Assembly: GCA_030264375.1 (NCBI GenBank)
Contig: JASCQW010000061.1
Location: 77,382,239 to 77,446,238, forward strand
Origin: Carcharhinus longimanus
Lineage: Eukaryota
Reading direction: 5' to 3'
Length of the DNA: 64,000 bases
Below, piece after piece: positions 38,127-49,534 of the stretch; position 1 is the first letter of the stretch; every line of letters begins with the position of its first letter. Below the pieces are notes generated by a model that worked only from the letters and a program-made list of their open reading frames with translations, was not told the DNA's origin and ran no database searches. Position numbers and translations under genes: made by a program.

Positions 38127-39970
38127 AAGTCTACAAAGGGATATAGATAGTCTAAGTGAGTGGGCAAAGATCTGGCAGATGGAGTACAATGTTGGTAAAT
38201 GTGAGGTCATCCGCTTTCGTAGGAATAACATCAAAATGGGTTATTATTTAAATGGTAAAAAATTGCAGCGTGTTGTTGTGCAGAGGGACCTGGATGTCCT
38301 TGTGCATGAATCACAAAAAGTTGATTTACAGGTAATTAAGAAGGCAAATGGAATTTTGTCCTTCCTTGCTAGAGGAATGGTGTTTAAAAACAGCAAGGTT
38401 ATGATGCAGCTGTATAAGGTGCTGGTGAAGTGACACCTGGAGTACTGTGTACAGTTTTGGTCTCCTTACTTGAGAAACGATGTACGAGCGCTGGAGGAAG
38501 TGCAGAGGAGATTTACTAGGTTGATTCTGAAGTTCAGAGGGTTAGCTTATGAGGAGAGACTGAGTGGACTCTGGCTATACTCACTGGAATTCAGAAGAAT
38601 GAGGAGTGATCTTATAGAAACATATAAGATTATGAAGGGAATAGATAAAATAGAGGCAGGGAAGTTGTTTCCACTGGCAAATGAACTAGGATGTGGAGAT
38701 GCCAGCGTTGGACTGGGGTAAACAGATATGGCACTCGATTCATTAATCGATAGTTCCGACACGCCACAGTGAAAAACCGCACTGACCTCCTCATAAGACA
38801 AACACAGGGCATGGCAGACAAAGTACCTTTCGTCACCCAGTACTTTCCCAGAGCAGAGAAGTTATGACATCTTCTCCGGAACCTTCAACATGTGATTGAT
38901 GAAGACGAACATCTCGCCAAGGCCATTCCCACTTCTTGCCTTCAAACAACCGCACAACTTCAAACCTCTGCAAGGCGTGTCGGATCATCAACAAGGGTGT
39001 CATCATCTCTCGTGAAAACACCATCCACCAGGTACATGGTAAATACACTTGCAACTCGGCCAACATTGTCTACCTGATACACTGCAGGAGAGAATGTCCG
39101 GAGGCATGGTACATTGGGGAGACCATNNNNNNNNNNNNNNNNNNNNNNNNNNNNNNNNNNNNNNNNNNNNNNNNNNNNNNNNNNNNNNNNNNNNNNNNNN
39201 NNNNNNNNNNNNNNNNNNNNNNNNNNNNNNNNNNNNNNNNNNNNNNNNNNNNNNNNNNNNNNNNNNNNNNNNNNNNNNNNNNNNNNNNNNNNNNNNNNNN
39301 NNNNNNNNNNNNNNNNNNNNNNNNNNNNNNNNNNNNNNNNNNNNNNNNNNNNNNNNNNNNNNNNNNNNNNNNNNNNNNNNNNNNNNNNNNNNNNNNNNNN
39401 NNNNNNNNNNNNNNNNNNNNNNNNNNNNNNNNNNNNNNNNNNNNNNNNNNNNNNNNNNNNNNNNNNNNNNNNNNNNNNNNNNNNNNNNNNNNNNNNNNNN
39501 NNNNNNNNNNNNNNNNNNNNNNNNNNNNNNNNNNNNNNNNNNNNNNNNNNNNNNNNNNNNNNNNNNNNNNNNNNNNNNNNNNNNNNNNNNNNNNNNNNNN
39601 NNNNNNNNNNNNNNNNNNNNNNNNNNNNNNNNNNNNNNNNNNNNNNNNNNNNNNNNNNNNNNNNNNNNNNNNNNNNNNNNNNNNNNNNNNNNNNNNNNNN
39701 NNNNNNNNNNNNNNNNNNNNNNNNNNNNNNNNNNNNNNNNNNNNNNNNNNNNNNNNNNNNNNNNNNNNNNNNNNNNNNNNNNNNNNNNNNNNNNNNNTAA
39801 ATATTTAAGGATAGATAACTTTTTGAACAGTAAAGGAATTAAGGGTTATGGTGAGCAAGAGGGTAAGTGGAGTTGAGTCCACGAAAAGATCAGCCATGAT
39901 CTTATTGAATGGCAGAGCAGGCTTGAGGGGCAAGATGGCCTACTCCTGCTCCTAGTTCTTATGTTCTTAT
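38127..39970 (+). mobile_element. CR1 LINE 3' part, interrupted by a Penelope element and a gap
   Basis: WQMEYNVGKCEVI, HLEYCVQFWSPY, LEEVQRRFTRLI; 3' UTR and (TTCTTATG) tail at 39798-39970. Confidence 0.9.
38691..39126 (+). mobile_element. Penelope-like element fragment (RT thumb/linker and GIY-YIG endonuclease) with inverted pLTR piece at its 5' end
   Basis: VPFVTQYFP.AEKL, LLAFKQP and YTCNSANIVYLIHC...WYIGET; 38691-38724 is the reverse complement of a tail also seen at 55345-55383. Confidence 0.88.
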
Positions 39971-39971
39971 G

Positions 39972-40309
39972 GTGATTAGCACTGCTGCCTCTCAGTGCCA
40001 GGGAGCTGGGTTCAATTTCAACTTTGGGTGACTGTGTGGAGTTTACATGTTCTCTCCGTGTCCATGTGGGTTTCCTCCAGATGTTATTTCCTCCCACAGT
40101 CCAAAGAAGTGCAGGTTAGGTGGATTAGTTATGCTAAACTGTGCCTTAGTGCCCAGGATGTCTAGGTTAGGGGCATTAGCAAAGTAAATGCTTGGGATTA
40201 ACGGGATAGGGCAGGTTGGACCTGAATGAGATATTCTGTTGGAAAGTCAATGCAGACTTGATGGGCCAAATGACCACCTCCTACACTGTAGGGATTTTAT
40301 GATTCTATG
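39972..40309 (+). mobile_element. HE1-like SINE directly after the CR1 tail
   Basis: ttagcactgctgcctc..gggttcaatt head, V-like domain, tail ctgtagggattttatgattctatg. Confidence 0.85.
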
Positions 40310-40782
40310 TCACCGAATTGTTCATGCAGAAATTAGAACAGAGCTATCATTTACCAGAGCCATTATTGGGAATTCTCTAGAGATCAAACTGAATGATTGA
40401 ATTACTAATCATGAGGAAATTACAGATGAGCTGGAGAAATTAGTATTCTGCAGAGAGGGTGCTGTGGAGGACATAGCAACGGACAAACCCAACGAGAGAA
40501 CGGAACTGTTAGCAATTCAAGAGAATTGTCTAATTAAAAAAAGACAAGAAGAAAGAAATGTTGAATGTAGAAGTAGAGTTCGATGCAACTACTACAAAAA
40601 CAAATGTGGCAGTTGGCTCAAAACATGCAAGCATAAGTAAGAAGAGATTGTTCCCAAATGTTGTTAGAAAAGAAAAATGGATTCACCTTGAAACTGCTAA
40701 ACCGAAATGGATTGCAAAAGCAGATGCATTGGAATGAAGAACTACTCTTTATAACTAAGCAGAAGGAAGTGTAGTGGAGGAC

Positions 40783-41451
40783 ATGCTCCTGTCTACATTA
40801 ATGTGGATGAAGTAAAAATGGTCGAGAGCTTCAAATTTTTAAATGTCCAGATCACCAACAACCTGGCCTAATTCCCCCAAGCTGACACTATAGTTAAGAA
40901 AGCCCACCAACGTCTCTACTTTCTTAGAAAACTAAGGAAATTTGGTATGTCCACTACAATTCTCACCAACGTTTACAGATGGACCACAGAAAGCATTTTT
41001 TTGAGATGTATGACAGCTTGGTATGGCTCTTGCTCTATCTAAGACTGCAAGAAACTACAAAGGGTCGTGAACAAAGCCCAGTTCATCATTCAAACTAGTC
41101 TCCCGCTGATTGATACTGTCTACACTTCCCACTAGCTCAGAAAAGCAGCCAGCATAATTAAGGGCTACATGCAAACCAGATATACTCTCTTCCACCTTCT
41201 TCCATCAGGACAAATATTCAAAAGTCTGAATTCACGTCCCAACCGACTAAAGAACAGCTTCTTACCTGCTGCTATCAGACTTTACCTCGCATTAAGTTGA
41301 TCTTTTTCTACACCTGAGCTATGACTGTAACATTATATTCTGCACTTTTTCCTTATCTATGAATGGTATGCTTTGTCTGTATAGTATGCAAGTAACAACA
41401 CTTTTCACTGCATGCCAATACATGTGACAATAATAAATCAACTCAAATCAC
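40783..41451 (+). mobile_element. Rex1/Babar-clade LINE 3' end
   Basis: VESFKFL, KKAHQRLYFLRKLRKFG, WYGS and RLKNSF.P.AIR motifs; aataaatcaactcaaatca tail. Confidence 0.85.
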
Positions 41452-42731
41452 AAGATGGGTTGATGAGGAAAAGGAAATGAAGAGATTGATAAATTAAGCC
41501 ACTCAGTTGGAGGAGATATGCTAGAGAGAATCAGCCAAAGCAGATTCAGGCAGAGAAAGAAAATGAGATTACATGCCAGAACAAGATTGCTGAAATGGTT
41601 ATGCTAATAGAAATGCACAAGAACCAATATGATAAAATGATCGATAAGAAATCATGTCAAATAGAAATGCTAGAACGAGAAGGAGCTTTATTATATGACC
41701 TAATACCAGAAATAGAATATCGTTATTGGTATGACAACTGTCAAAAGTGGCAAACCAAAATTCAAATGATCAAACAAAGAAAGGATGCTACTATAGCATG
41801 GTAGAAAATGTGACTAACTTCAGGACAGAAGATCTGAATTTCAGACTGAGTACGTGGACTGTTTTGTTTACTTGTGACATATGTCTTCGGTTTTACAATG
41901 GGCAACAAGTAATTCTAATCAATCAAATGAACAGGAAACAGATACAAATGGAGCCAGAAGATTGATTTTGAGCACTAAGATAACTGCCCTAAGGTCAAGT
42001 AGCCTATAATAAACCAATCTGAATGACATGCTTACATACAAAAATGCATGTGTTTCAGCCAGGCTCAAAGGATAAATATTGAAGTTTTGAAGAACATAAT
42101 CAGAGAAGAATAGAAGAAGAAAGCAACTTCAAGCTGTAAACTTGATGAAGTCGATCCCTCTCCATGCCTATCCAGCACAAGTGGATAGAGATACCCCCAC
42201 AGGTTCATTAAATAAGTAGTTAAAATCTTAGTTTGTAAACTTATTATAGTAGATTTATAGGGGAATAGAAGCAATGATATGTGATACAATGCAACAGAGT
42301 CATAAGTATTTAAGGGTTTTTTTACACTTTCTAAATAAAGATTTGATTTAAAGATACAGTTTCTGTATTTATCAATTACCTGGAGCAAGAGTCTTGATTA
42401 ACAACAGACAGATTAAAGGATCAACAGTGGATTGGAGATTGATACTGTCTGCAGAGTAAAGGTTGCAGTCCTTGGTCAGCGTACAATCTAGGACAAAACT
42501 CGGAAAGTAGCAAGCCGATATGAAAGAATCCCATACAAGACTATATCTGGAACTGTGCATAGCTGAAACTTTTCAGAAGAGTGTTATGTTAAAAGCAAGG
42601 CTCAAGATCCAGTCATTGAACAATCACGATATCGATTTGCAAATGTCTAACTTGCATATATGTTTATTCAGAATGTGGGTTGAATAAGTCGATTTTGAAG
42701 ATTATACAAAAAAGTTAAAGGGGGGGGAGAA

Positions 42732-42973
42732 TGTTGTGTATGTGGCATCTATCCCTCACCCGACTTGAGGGATCAATGAAAACTGAGAGCGAGTCATCAG
42801 GCCAGATGGTGGAGTACTGTCTTGGGAAGAATCTTCCAGCAGCTATGTAGTAAGCATATAAAGATGGAGCTTTGCTGCAGGATCTTGTACTTAAATTTCT
42901 CTTATCAATAAATGCCTTTGTTCTTAACATGGCATTGTCAAGATTTGAGGCTATCAGAGAACACAACATAACA
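42732..42973 (+). repeat. 3' LTR, preceded by polypurine tract 42717-42731
   Basis: AAAGGGGGGGGAGAA|TGTTGTGT...ACATAACA; contains TATAAA and AATAAA. Confidence 0.82.
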
Positions 42974-45109
42974 CGGCTGAAGAGAAGACATGGATTGACT
43001 GGAATACCCCCATCCCCATGACCTAAAAACCAAAAAAGCGAGCAGCACCCTGAAAATCATGGGAGAGGATCAACTGATTGAGCGTGCTATTGATGTCCTG
43101 TGACATCAGTAGCATCCTCATCCAATTTTAGAACCCAGTAGTGCAGAGCGTATGCGAAAGAGACATACAGTACCTGGCATTCGTTGAGCCAAAAGGTAAG
43201 TATTGACTTTTTGAAGATAGCAGCCTGTTGTACATCCCACCCATCCCATTCTCCATGTCTTGTTCAGCACTCAAACACAGCACGCTGTATAACCTATTGT
43301 GGTGACTTGGACATTCTTCTTGGTATCCTTCTTCTGTCCCAGCAGTCAACTGACCCTTTGTTGATGAGGCTCTATCCTCAAAATGGACCAGGTTTCTGTG
43401 GTACATTTGGAGAGCACATGGAGGGTAAATCTACCCTATTGTCTCACATGACAATGTTTGCTTGGATATGGTAAAATAATGGCTCTAGCTCATAACACCA
43501 AAGATCAGCAAGAACTAGGAGAGGAACCAGAAACCAGTATTCAATCCTTAGGCATGATTATACTCCTACCATTCTCTCTCACTGTTGATTTTAGCACTTC
43601 GAAATTTGGTAAGTACTTATTTATTTATAAAGGTGTAAACCGACACAACAGCAGTCTTTTCTACGTACAGGTTTCAATTTAACTAATATCTATCGAGTTG
43701 ATGTATGATGATAGTTAAAAAGGATTGCGCTAATCCAGTTTACCAAATTCAAATGAGCAATTACTCTCCTTGATGACTTATATAAATCATTGTACAATTC
43801 CTCACCAATCAAGTTTATACATTCAGTGGATAAGATACATGGATAAAAATGCTGCTCTCTGAGCACACCACATACACAATCTAATGGTTTGGAGATAGCT
43901 AGTTACATACAAATTACAGTTTTTTTGAAAAAAAGTTGAATTGAAACAGATGATTTATGAAAAGTATGGCATTTTAGTTCCAGGGTTCTTGTGTGTGTGG
44001 AATGTAATAGCTGATTGCTTTGTTACTTCACAGGTAAATAAATCTTTGAAAAGCTCTATTAGTGGAGCTAAGCACACACAGCACTTCAAATGGATGTTTT
44101 CGGGTAATCTCAATTCAGCCTCCAGTGCAATCAGCGCAAAATTGCAATCAAAAGTTCCACTAGTCAGCTCTTACTGGATACTCCTGTTCTGAAAAGGCAT
44201 GAGAGAAGAATATCCGAATTGGAGAAAGCACTCTGATTCAGGGACTTCACCGAAAGTGGAAATTATTACAATCCAACACTATCAACAGGGGAGTGCATCG
44301 AAGAACCTGTGAGCATGCAGACCATCATCTTCAATCATTTATCTTAATAGACAGAAAATCACAAACAACATGCCTACAGTTTCCTTAGATGCATCACCCC
44401 CTGCTCTGCAAGTTCCACATGAGCACCAGTTTGCAGAACCACCCAGACATTCAGAGTCAGTCTGGTTTTCACCCAGCTCATGTCACAGCTATTTGGGATA
44501 TATTTACTGCTGCGGCCAGTCTCAAATTAGAAAATATTTTCTGATTAGAAAGTCACTCAATCAGTGACAAACGCAAGCCAAGAATGAGTTTTTAAGGTTG
44601 CAAACAAAGCACAGATTCATAATCAAAAAATAAATAACTTTAAATGTCCATTCCCTTACGGTAAGCATACAGACACAAGTACAATCGACAAAATTAACAA
44701 GTTTAATTTGCAGCTCATTATTTATCACTTATTATTTAGGGGCAAAGTCTTTTCTGAAAACTCTCATGTTAATTTCCAACGGCTGTTCTATAATTAGCTA
44801 TTTCTTCATTTCCTGAGCTCTAAATCTTCACTTTCTACACCCTCCATTCAATAACCTTGGACAGCACACTTTCACAGAGGTTCTGCCTTTACTCTACTGT
44901 AATTTTCATAGCACAGCCACAGAAACCCTGCAAATACACCCTTGTTTTTCTGGATTGCCACAGCCCTTTTGCGAAAATTGCTGCAGATGATCAGCAGAAT
45001 CCCACAGCAACTGCTCCCGATGTTTTTTACTTGCCCACCACAAGATATATTTTCTGTAATTCTTGCACCTTTACCATTTTCAGTCCCCTTTTTTTATTCA
45101 TTCAGTATA

Positions 45110-45346
45110 CTGGATATACTCTCTTCCACCATCTTCCGTCAGGAAAAAGGTACAAAAGTCTGAGTCATGTACCAACATGATTCAAAACAGCTTCTTCTCT
45201 GCTGCCATCAGACTTTTGAATGGACCTACCTCGTATTTAAATACACCTCAGCTATGACTGTAACACTATATTCTGCACCCTCTCCTTTCCTTCTCTATGT
45301 ATGGTATGCTTTGTCTGTAAAGTGCGCAAGAAAGAATACTTTTCAC
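45110..45346 (+). mobile_element. Second Rex1/Babar 3' fragment
   Basis: Closely similar to 41178-41408. Confidence 0.85.
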
Positions 45347-45838
45347 AAGCAAGGAAATATCATCCAGGCTTTCAGTTGGTTGTTGGGGAAATATCCTGTA
45401 CATTTCCTGAAATATGTTCTCAAAATGAGGTTTTAGCTTAAAGGGTGCCTACAAAAATGGAATTGGTAGTTAAACTTAATGTTGTGAAACTGAAGTAAAT
45501 TAAGATCACAAGTAAAACATTCCTTACCAACGCCAAAACATTAGCTGAATACTGTACTCAGAATAGCCTCACTAACAGGACATCCTAATCAGACCTATAT
45601 AGGACCCTTTATTAAAAGGCTGAGAATTTCAGGGAGCAAAAGTCAAATGCGACATGCCTAAGCAAACATCTCTCATTCATTCAGGGAACTTCTTTTACAT
45701 ACTGTTAGACATATTGGACACCAAAAGAGGTGAACATTCTTGACACGTGTCACTCAGAGTGGTCAACTGAATGGAAAGAGGTCCCTTGGAATTTAAGGGA
45801 CATAACATGGTGCTTGGAACACCTCGCAACAGATTTTC

Positions 45839-46086
45839 TTAGAATCTGCAGAATCCCTACAGTGCAGGGGCAGGCCATTTGGCCCACTGAATCTGGACCG
45901 ATTTCTCCAAAAGAGCATCCTATCCCCCTTGGATACCAAAGGCCAATTTAGCACGGCTAATCCACCTAACCTGCACATCTTTGGATACTAAGGGGTAATT
46001 TAGCACGGCTAATCCGCCTAACCTGCACATCTTTGGACACGAAGGGGCAATTTAGCATGGCCATTGCACCTAACCTACACATCTTT
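45839..46086 (-). repeat. SINE/CR1 tail followed by a 3 x 52-bp tandem repeat of an HE1 internal segment (45931-46086)
   Basis: Unit gga.ac.aagggg.aatttagca.ggc.aatccacctaacctgcacatcttt at 45931, 45983 and 46035. Confidence 0.85.
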
Positions 46087-46479
46087 AGATACTCTGTTTA
46101 CTTTGCACATTTTCTCCAGCTTCCTCTCAAACAACCTTCACCACGGTTATGTAAAAAGGGAACCTTCACAAGTACAAAGTAAATTCAGGACCCAGAATAA
46201 AAAATTATGCAAGTTAAACTGTATGGTTACAGTAACCAGTTACTGGCAGAGATAAGTGTATCCCTTAAATGTACAAGTTGGCTGAGGTTAAGGAAACCAA
46301 GAGTGAAGTTAGCTAGCTCAGATATCATCATTTGTGTGAAAGGCAGATTCACCCAGAGCTCCATCACTGAAGTGGGTCATCAGTTTAATGTTCCAGAAAC
46401 TAGCATTGCTGTCCCAGGGGAGGAAGATCAACTCAACAGTAAGACAAGCTCTGGAAATCTCTTTGCCCAAGGGAATGAG

Positions 46480-47108
46480 GATGAAGGTATGGAACTCAGG
46501 GAGAGAGACTGCGAGGTTCTTGAGCAAATTGACATAGGGAGGACAAAGTTTTGGAGGTGTTAAATCTCCAGGTCCGGATGAACTGTGCCCGAGGCTGCTG
46601 TGGGAGGCAAGGGAGGAAATTGCAGGGGCTGTGACACAAATTTTTAATTCGTCTCTGACCACAGATGAGATCCCAGGCGACTGAAGAACAGCTAATTGGC
46701 CCTGCTATTTAAGAAGGGTTGTAGAGATAAACTAGGGAACTATAGACCAGTCAGTGGTCTGGAAACTATTGGAGAAATTTCTGAAGGGGAGCATCTGTCT
46801 CCAGTTGGTGAGGCAAGCCTTGATGTCAGCATGGCTTTGACAGAGGGAGGTCATGCTGATGACACCAAGATTGGAGGAAAGGCAAATTGTGCGGAGGGTG
46901 TGGAGACTCTACAGAAGGATCTAGATAGGCTGGGTGAATGGGCCAGGAAATGGCAAATGGAATTTAATGTTGGCAAGTGCGAGGNNNNNNNNNNNNNNNN
47001 NNNNNNNNNNNNNNNNNNNNNNNNNNNNNNNNNNNNNNNNNNNNNNNNNNNNNNNNNNNNNNNNNNNNNNNNNNNNNNNNNNNNCCTATTTCTTATGTTC
47101 TTATGTTC
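46480..47108 (+). mobile_element. CR1 LINE with internal deletions, spanning a 100-N gap
   Basis: KSPGPDE, LFKKG.RD..GNYRPVS, ADDTKIGG, WQMEFNVGKCE; tail ttcttatgttcttatgttc. Confidence 0.9.
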
Positions 47109-47809
47109 ACACACTCAGGAATGCCAAAGAACTTTACAATTAATAAAAACTTTTGAAGTGTTGTCACTGTGGTAACTGGGAAAAACTGAATCCAATTTTG
47201 TGCACTGACAGCAATTAGATTATTGATTAAGGATAAATATTGGTCAGGGCACCAGTCAGAGCTGACCTGTTCTTCTTTGAATGGTGCCATACGAGCTTTT
47301 ACAATTCAAAGAACAGGTGAACAGAAAGATATTCAATTTAATGTATTATCCGAAAGATGGCACTGAAGTATCGGCCTAGATTATATGGCCGAGTAAAGGG
47401 AGAGAGACATAAACCCACAATCCTCTTACTCAGAGATGGGGGTGCTACTACTGAGTCACAATTAGGAACCTAAATTCCAGAAAGCAGAGTGCACACGGTC
47501 AAAGCTCTTCTTCAGCTGAATATGGAATAACATGGCAGTGGTATTCAATAATGCTGGCTCAAACTGTTTCGAAAGAAAAGGCCAATATTGAACCAATACC
47601 TGCAGCAGAACAACAAATACAGTTCATCCTCAGATAAAAAAAAAGTCTGCCAGCCAAAACATGCTGTGTCACAATACCATTGTTCTTCTGTTCACAAAAA
47701 TAAGAAAAAGAGAGTTAGGGACTGTAGGAGACAGGAAGTTAGACATTTTCTTTTAAACTCGGATTTGATGTAGACTGCTAGGACAAACAAGTCTGCAGTG
47801 TTGGTACGA

Positions 47810-48310
47810 CCTTCATGCTAATTTAGAAAGCTCAGTTTCAGCAGCTCAAAACTGCACATCCATGAGGTGATCCTGGCCAAGCTGATCTGGTACAGCTACA
47901 ACACTGAAATCTACTCAGCCGTGTGTAAGATTACCTAGGCACGTTCTGTCCATAAAAGGGACCAAATCCAATCCAGCCAGTTACCGCCCCGTCAGTCTAC
48001 CCTTAATCCGCAAAGTGATGGAAACTGTCGCCAAGATGCTATCAAATGGCAATTACACAGCAATAACCTGCTGAACAATGTTCAGCTTGGGTTCTGCCAG
48101 GGTCACTCACCTCCTGACTTCATTTTTCCAGCCTTGATCCAAACATGGACAGATGAGGTGAGTTGAGAGTGATTGCCCTTGATGTCAATTCAGCATTTGA
48201 CTGTGTGTGGCATCAATAAACCCCAGCAAAGCTGAGAAGGTATCTCCTCACCACTTTCATAAAGCTATTTGGTGATGAGCAACTAATGCTGGTCTTGCCA
48301 GTGCCACTCA
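47810..48310 (+). mobile_element. LINE RT fragment and 3' tail, probably the same family as 22670-23315
   Basis: NPASYRPVSL, KVME, Q.GFCQGHS.PDF and LDV.SAFDCVWH motifs. Confidence 0.75.
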
Positions 48311-49401
48311 CTTCAAGAAAAAAAAGGATCAAAATCCCTTGGGACCAATTGTTCTAATGTTGCTCTGGTTAGCTAATATTTCACCCAACAATTCTTCCCA
48401 TTGTTGACCCGCCATAGCTCATATTAGTTCAATCAAGTATCCATTAATGTTGGCGGAACACATCTCTCAAGTCATACAGGAGTATTGCACCATAGGGATT
48501 ACAATTGACAAGAGTAGCTTTTAGAAAACCGAAAATAGATGTCACAGCAGCTAAGTACAGAGAAAAAGAGGACACTGTAAAGAAGCAAAGACCAAACTGT
48601 TAAACAGCTATTCCAAGCACATTCCTGGATAAGATGCAGCAAAAGAGAGAAGGACTTCTGGGGTCATGTAACAGGACACCTCAGAAAATTATACTGTGTT
48701 CCATAAGCAGGAAGGTGGCAGCACTGTTTTCACCCAGAGCTCCAGGCTCCTGGAACATTAACCTGACAAAGATAGGCAAGGTAAACACTGGTAACTCCCT
48801 CTTTCCTTCCTTCAGTACCATTTTAACATCATCCTGTTGCTCAATTTGAAAATATACCTGGTTACCTAACTCTGCACATTGCATTATGGTTCATTCTCAA
48901 TCTTACAGTTTATATTTTGCAACTTCCCCAACAGAATTATTTGCATGAAAAAGCTTTATATGTTCTTGCGGTTTCATTCTCGTCTGGCATTCAGATTGTC
49001 ACTCTGTACAACAGTCTCCAGGTGCAACAGAAAAAACACTGCTCCAAAAGCTATTACATCAAAAATCACTTCTCTAACTTCAAAGTGAACCTTCTGGGTA
49101 GCATCAAAAGATTTTGGGAACAGGTAGGAATCTTTTACTTTAATTCTAAGTTACCCATGATATATCATGATGGGTATTAGCTACTTCTACACTAATCATC
49201 CAGACATACTTTTTATTAAACTACAAGCAACACTGAACATTCATGAATGGCAACAAAGAGTACAGGTGGAAAAGAGTAACAATCAAATTTGCAGATGTCA
49301 AAAAAAAATGACGCTTTTACTGAAATATCAAAGATGCATCAGAAATAGCTTGTAAACAATAGACCATCAGTAGTTTCCCTGAATGTTTCATGTTTCCTTA
49401 C

Positions 49402-49534
49402 CTTGAATACTAGATGCATCACTGTAGGCATTCCTTCTTATAGCCGAATGTTCAGCAGCAATCAGTGCACTGGATTCTCTATCCTGTTCTTCAGTCGTAA
49501 TAATCTCTAGGGCTCCAAATTCATTCATCTGAAA
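49402..49534 (-). CDS. L3MBTL4: L3MBTL N-terminal exon: FQMNEFGALEIITTEEQDRESSALIAAEHSAIRRNAYSDASSIQ
   Basis: Acceptor ttcttattag|TTT, donor G|gtaagg; 133 nt, phase 0 to 1; resembles FRVNEFGALEVIT of human L3MBTL3. Confidence 0.88.

Larger units (their letters stand above)
35967..42973 (+). mobile_element. Decayed or non-autonomous LTR retroelement (Gypsy-like) with nested insertions
   Basis: Two homologous LTRs with TGTT...AACA termini, PBS-like TGGCAACGAGATGGAATC 3 nt after the 5' LTR, polypurine tract directly before the 3' LTR, A-rich ORF-less interior. Confidence 0.82.
5048..49534 (-). other. L3MBTL4: Partial gene model (9 internal coding exons) of an L3MBTL-family MBT-repeat histone methyl-lysine reader; L3MBTL4 favoured over L3MBTL3; gene probably extends beyond both window ends
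   Basis: Exon lengths 133, 151, 142 (or 130), 115, 95, 105, 136, 92 and 152 nt, all AG/GT bounded, join in one open frame (junction phases 1,2,0,1,0,0,1,0). MBT motifs GMRLEGIDPRHPS, LHFDGY, FWTN..SPDIH.VGWC and GMKLEAVDRKNPS..HFDNWDDTYDYW. Family assignment is firm; paralog assignment rests on recalled human sequences. Confidence 0.8.

Noticed and set aside
38936-39876. Long ORFs of 228-290 aa
   Set aside because: Their length comes from an N gap; only the first ~60 codons are real Penelope sequence
45931-46086. CRISPR-like regular repeats
   Set aside because: Units are contiguous with no unique spacers and derive from a SINE
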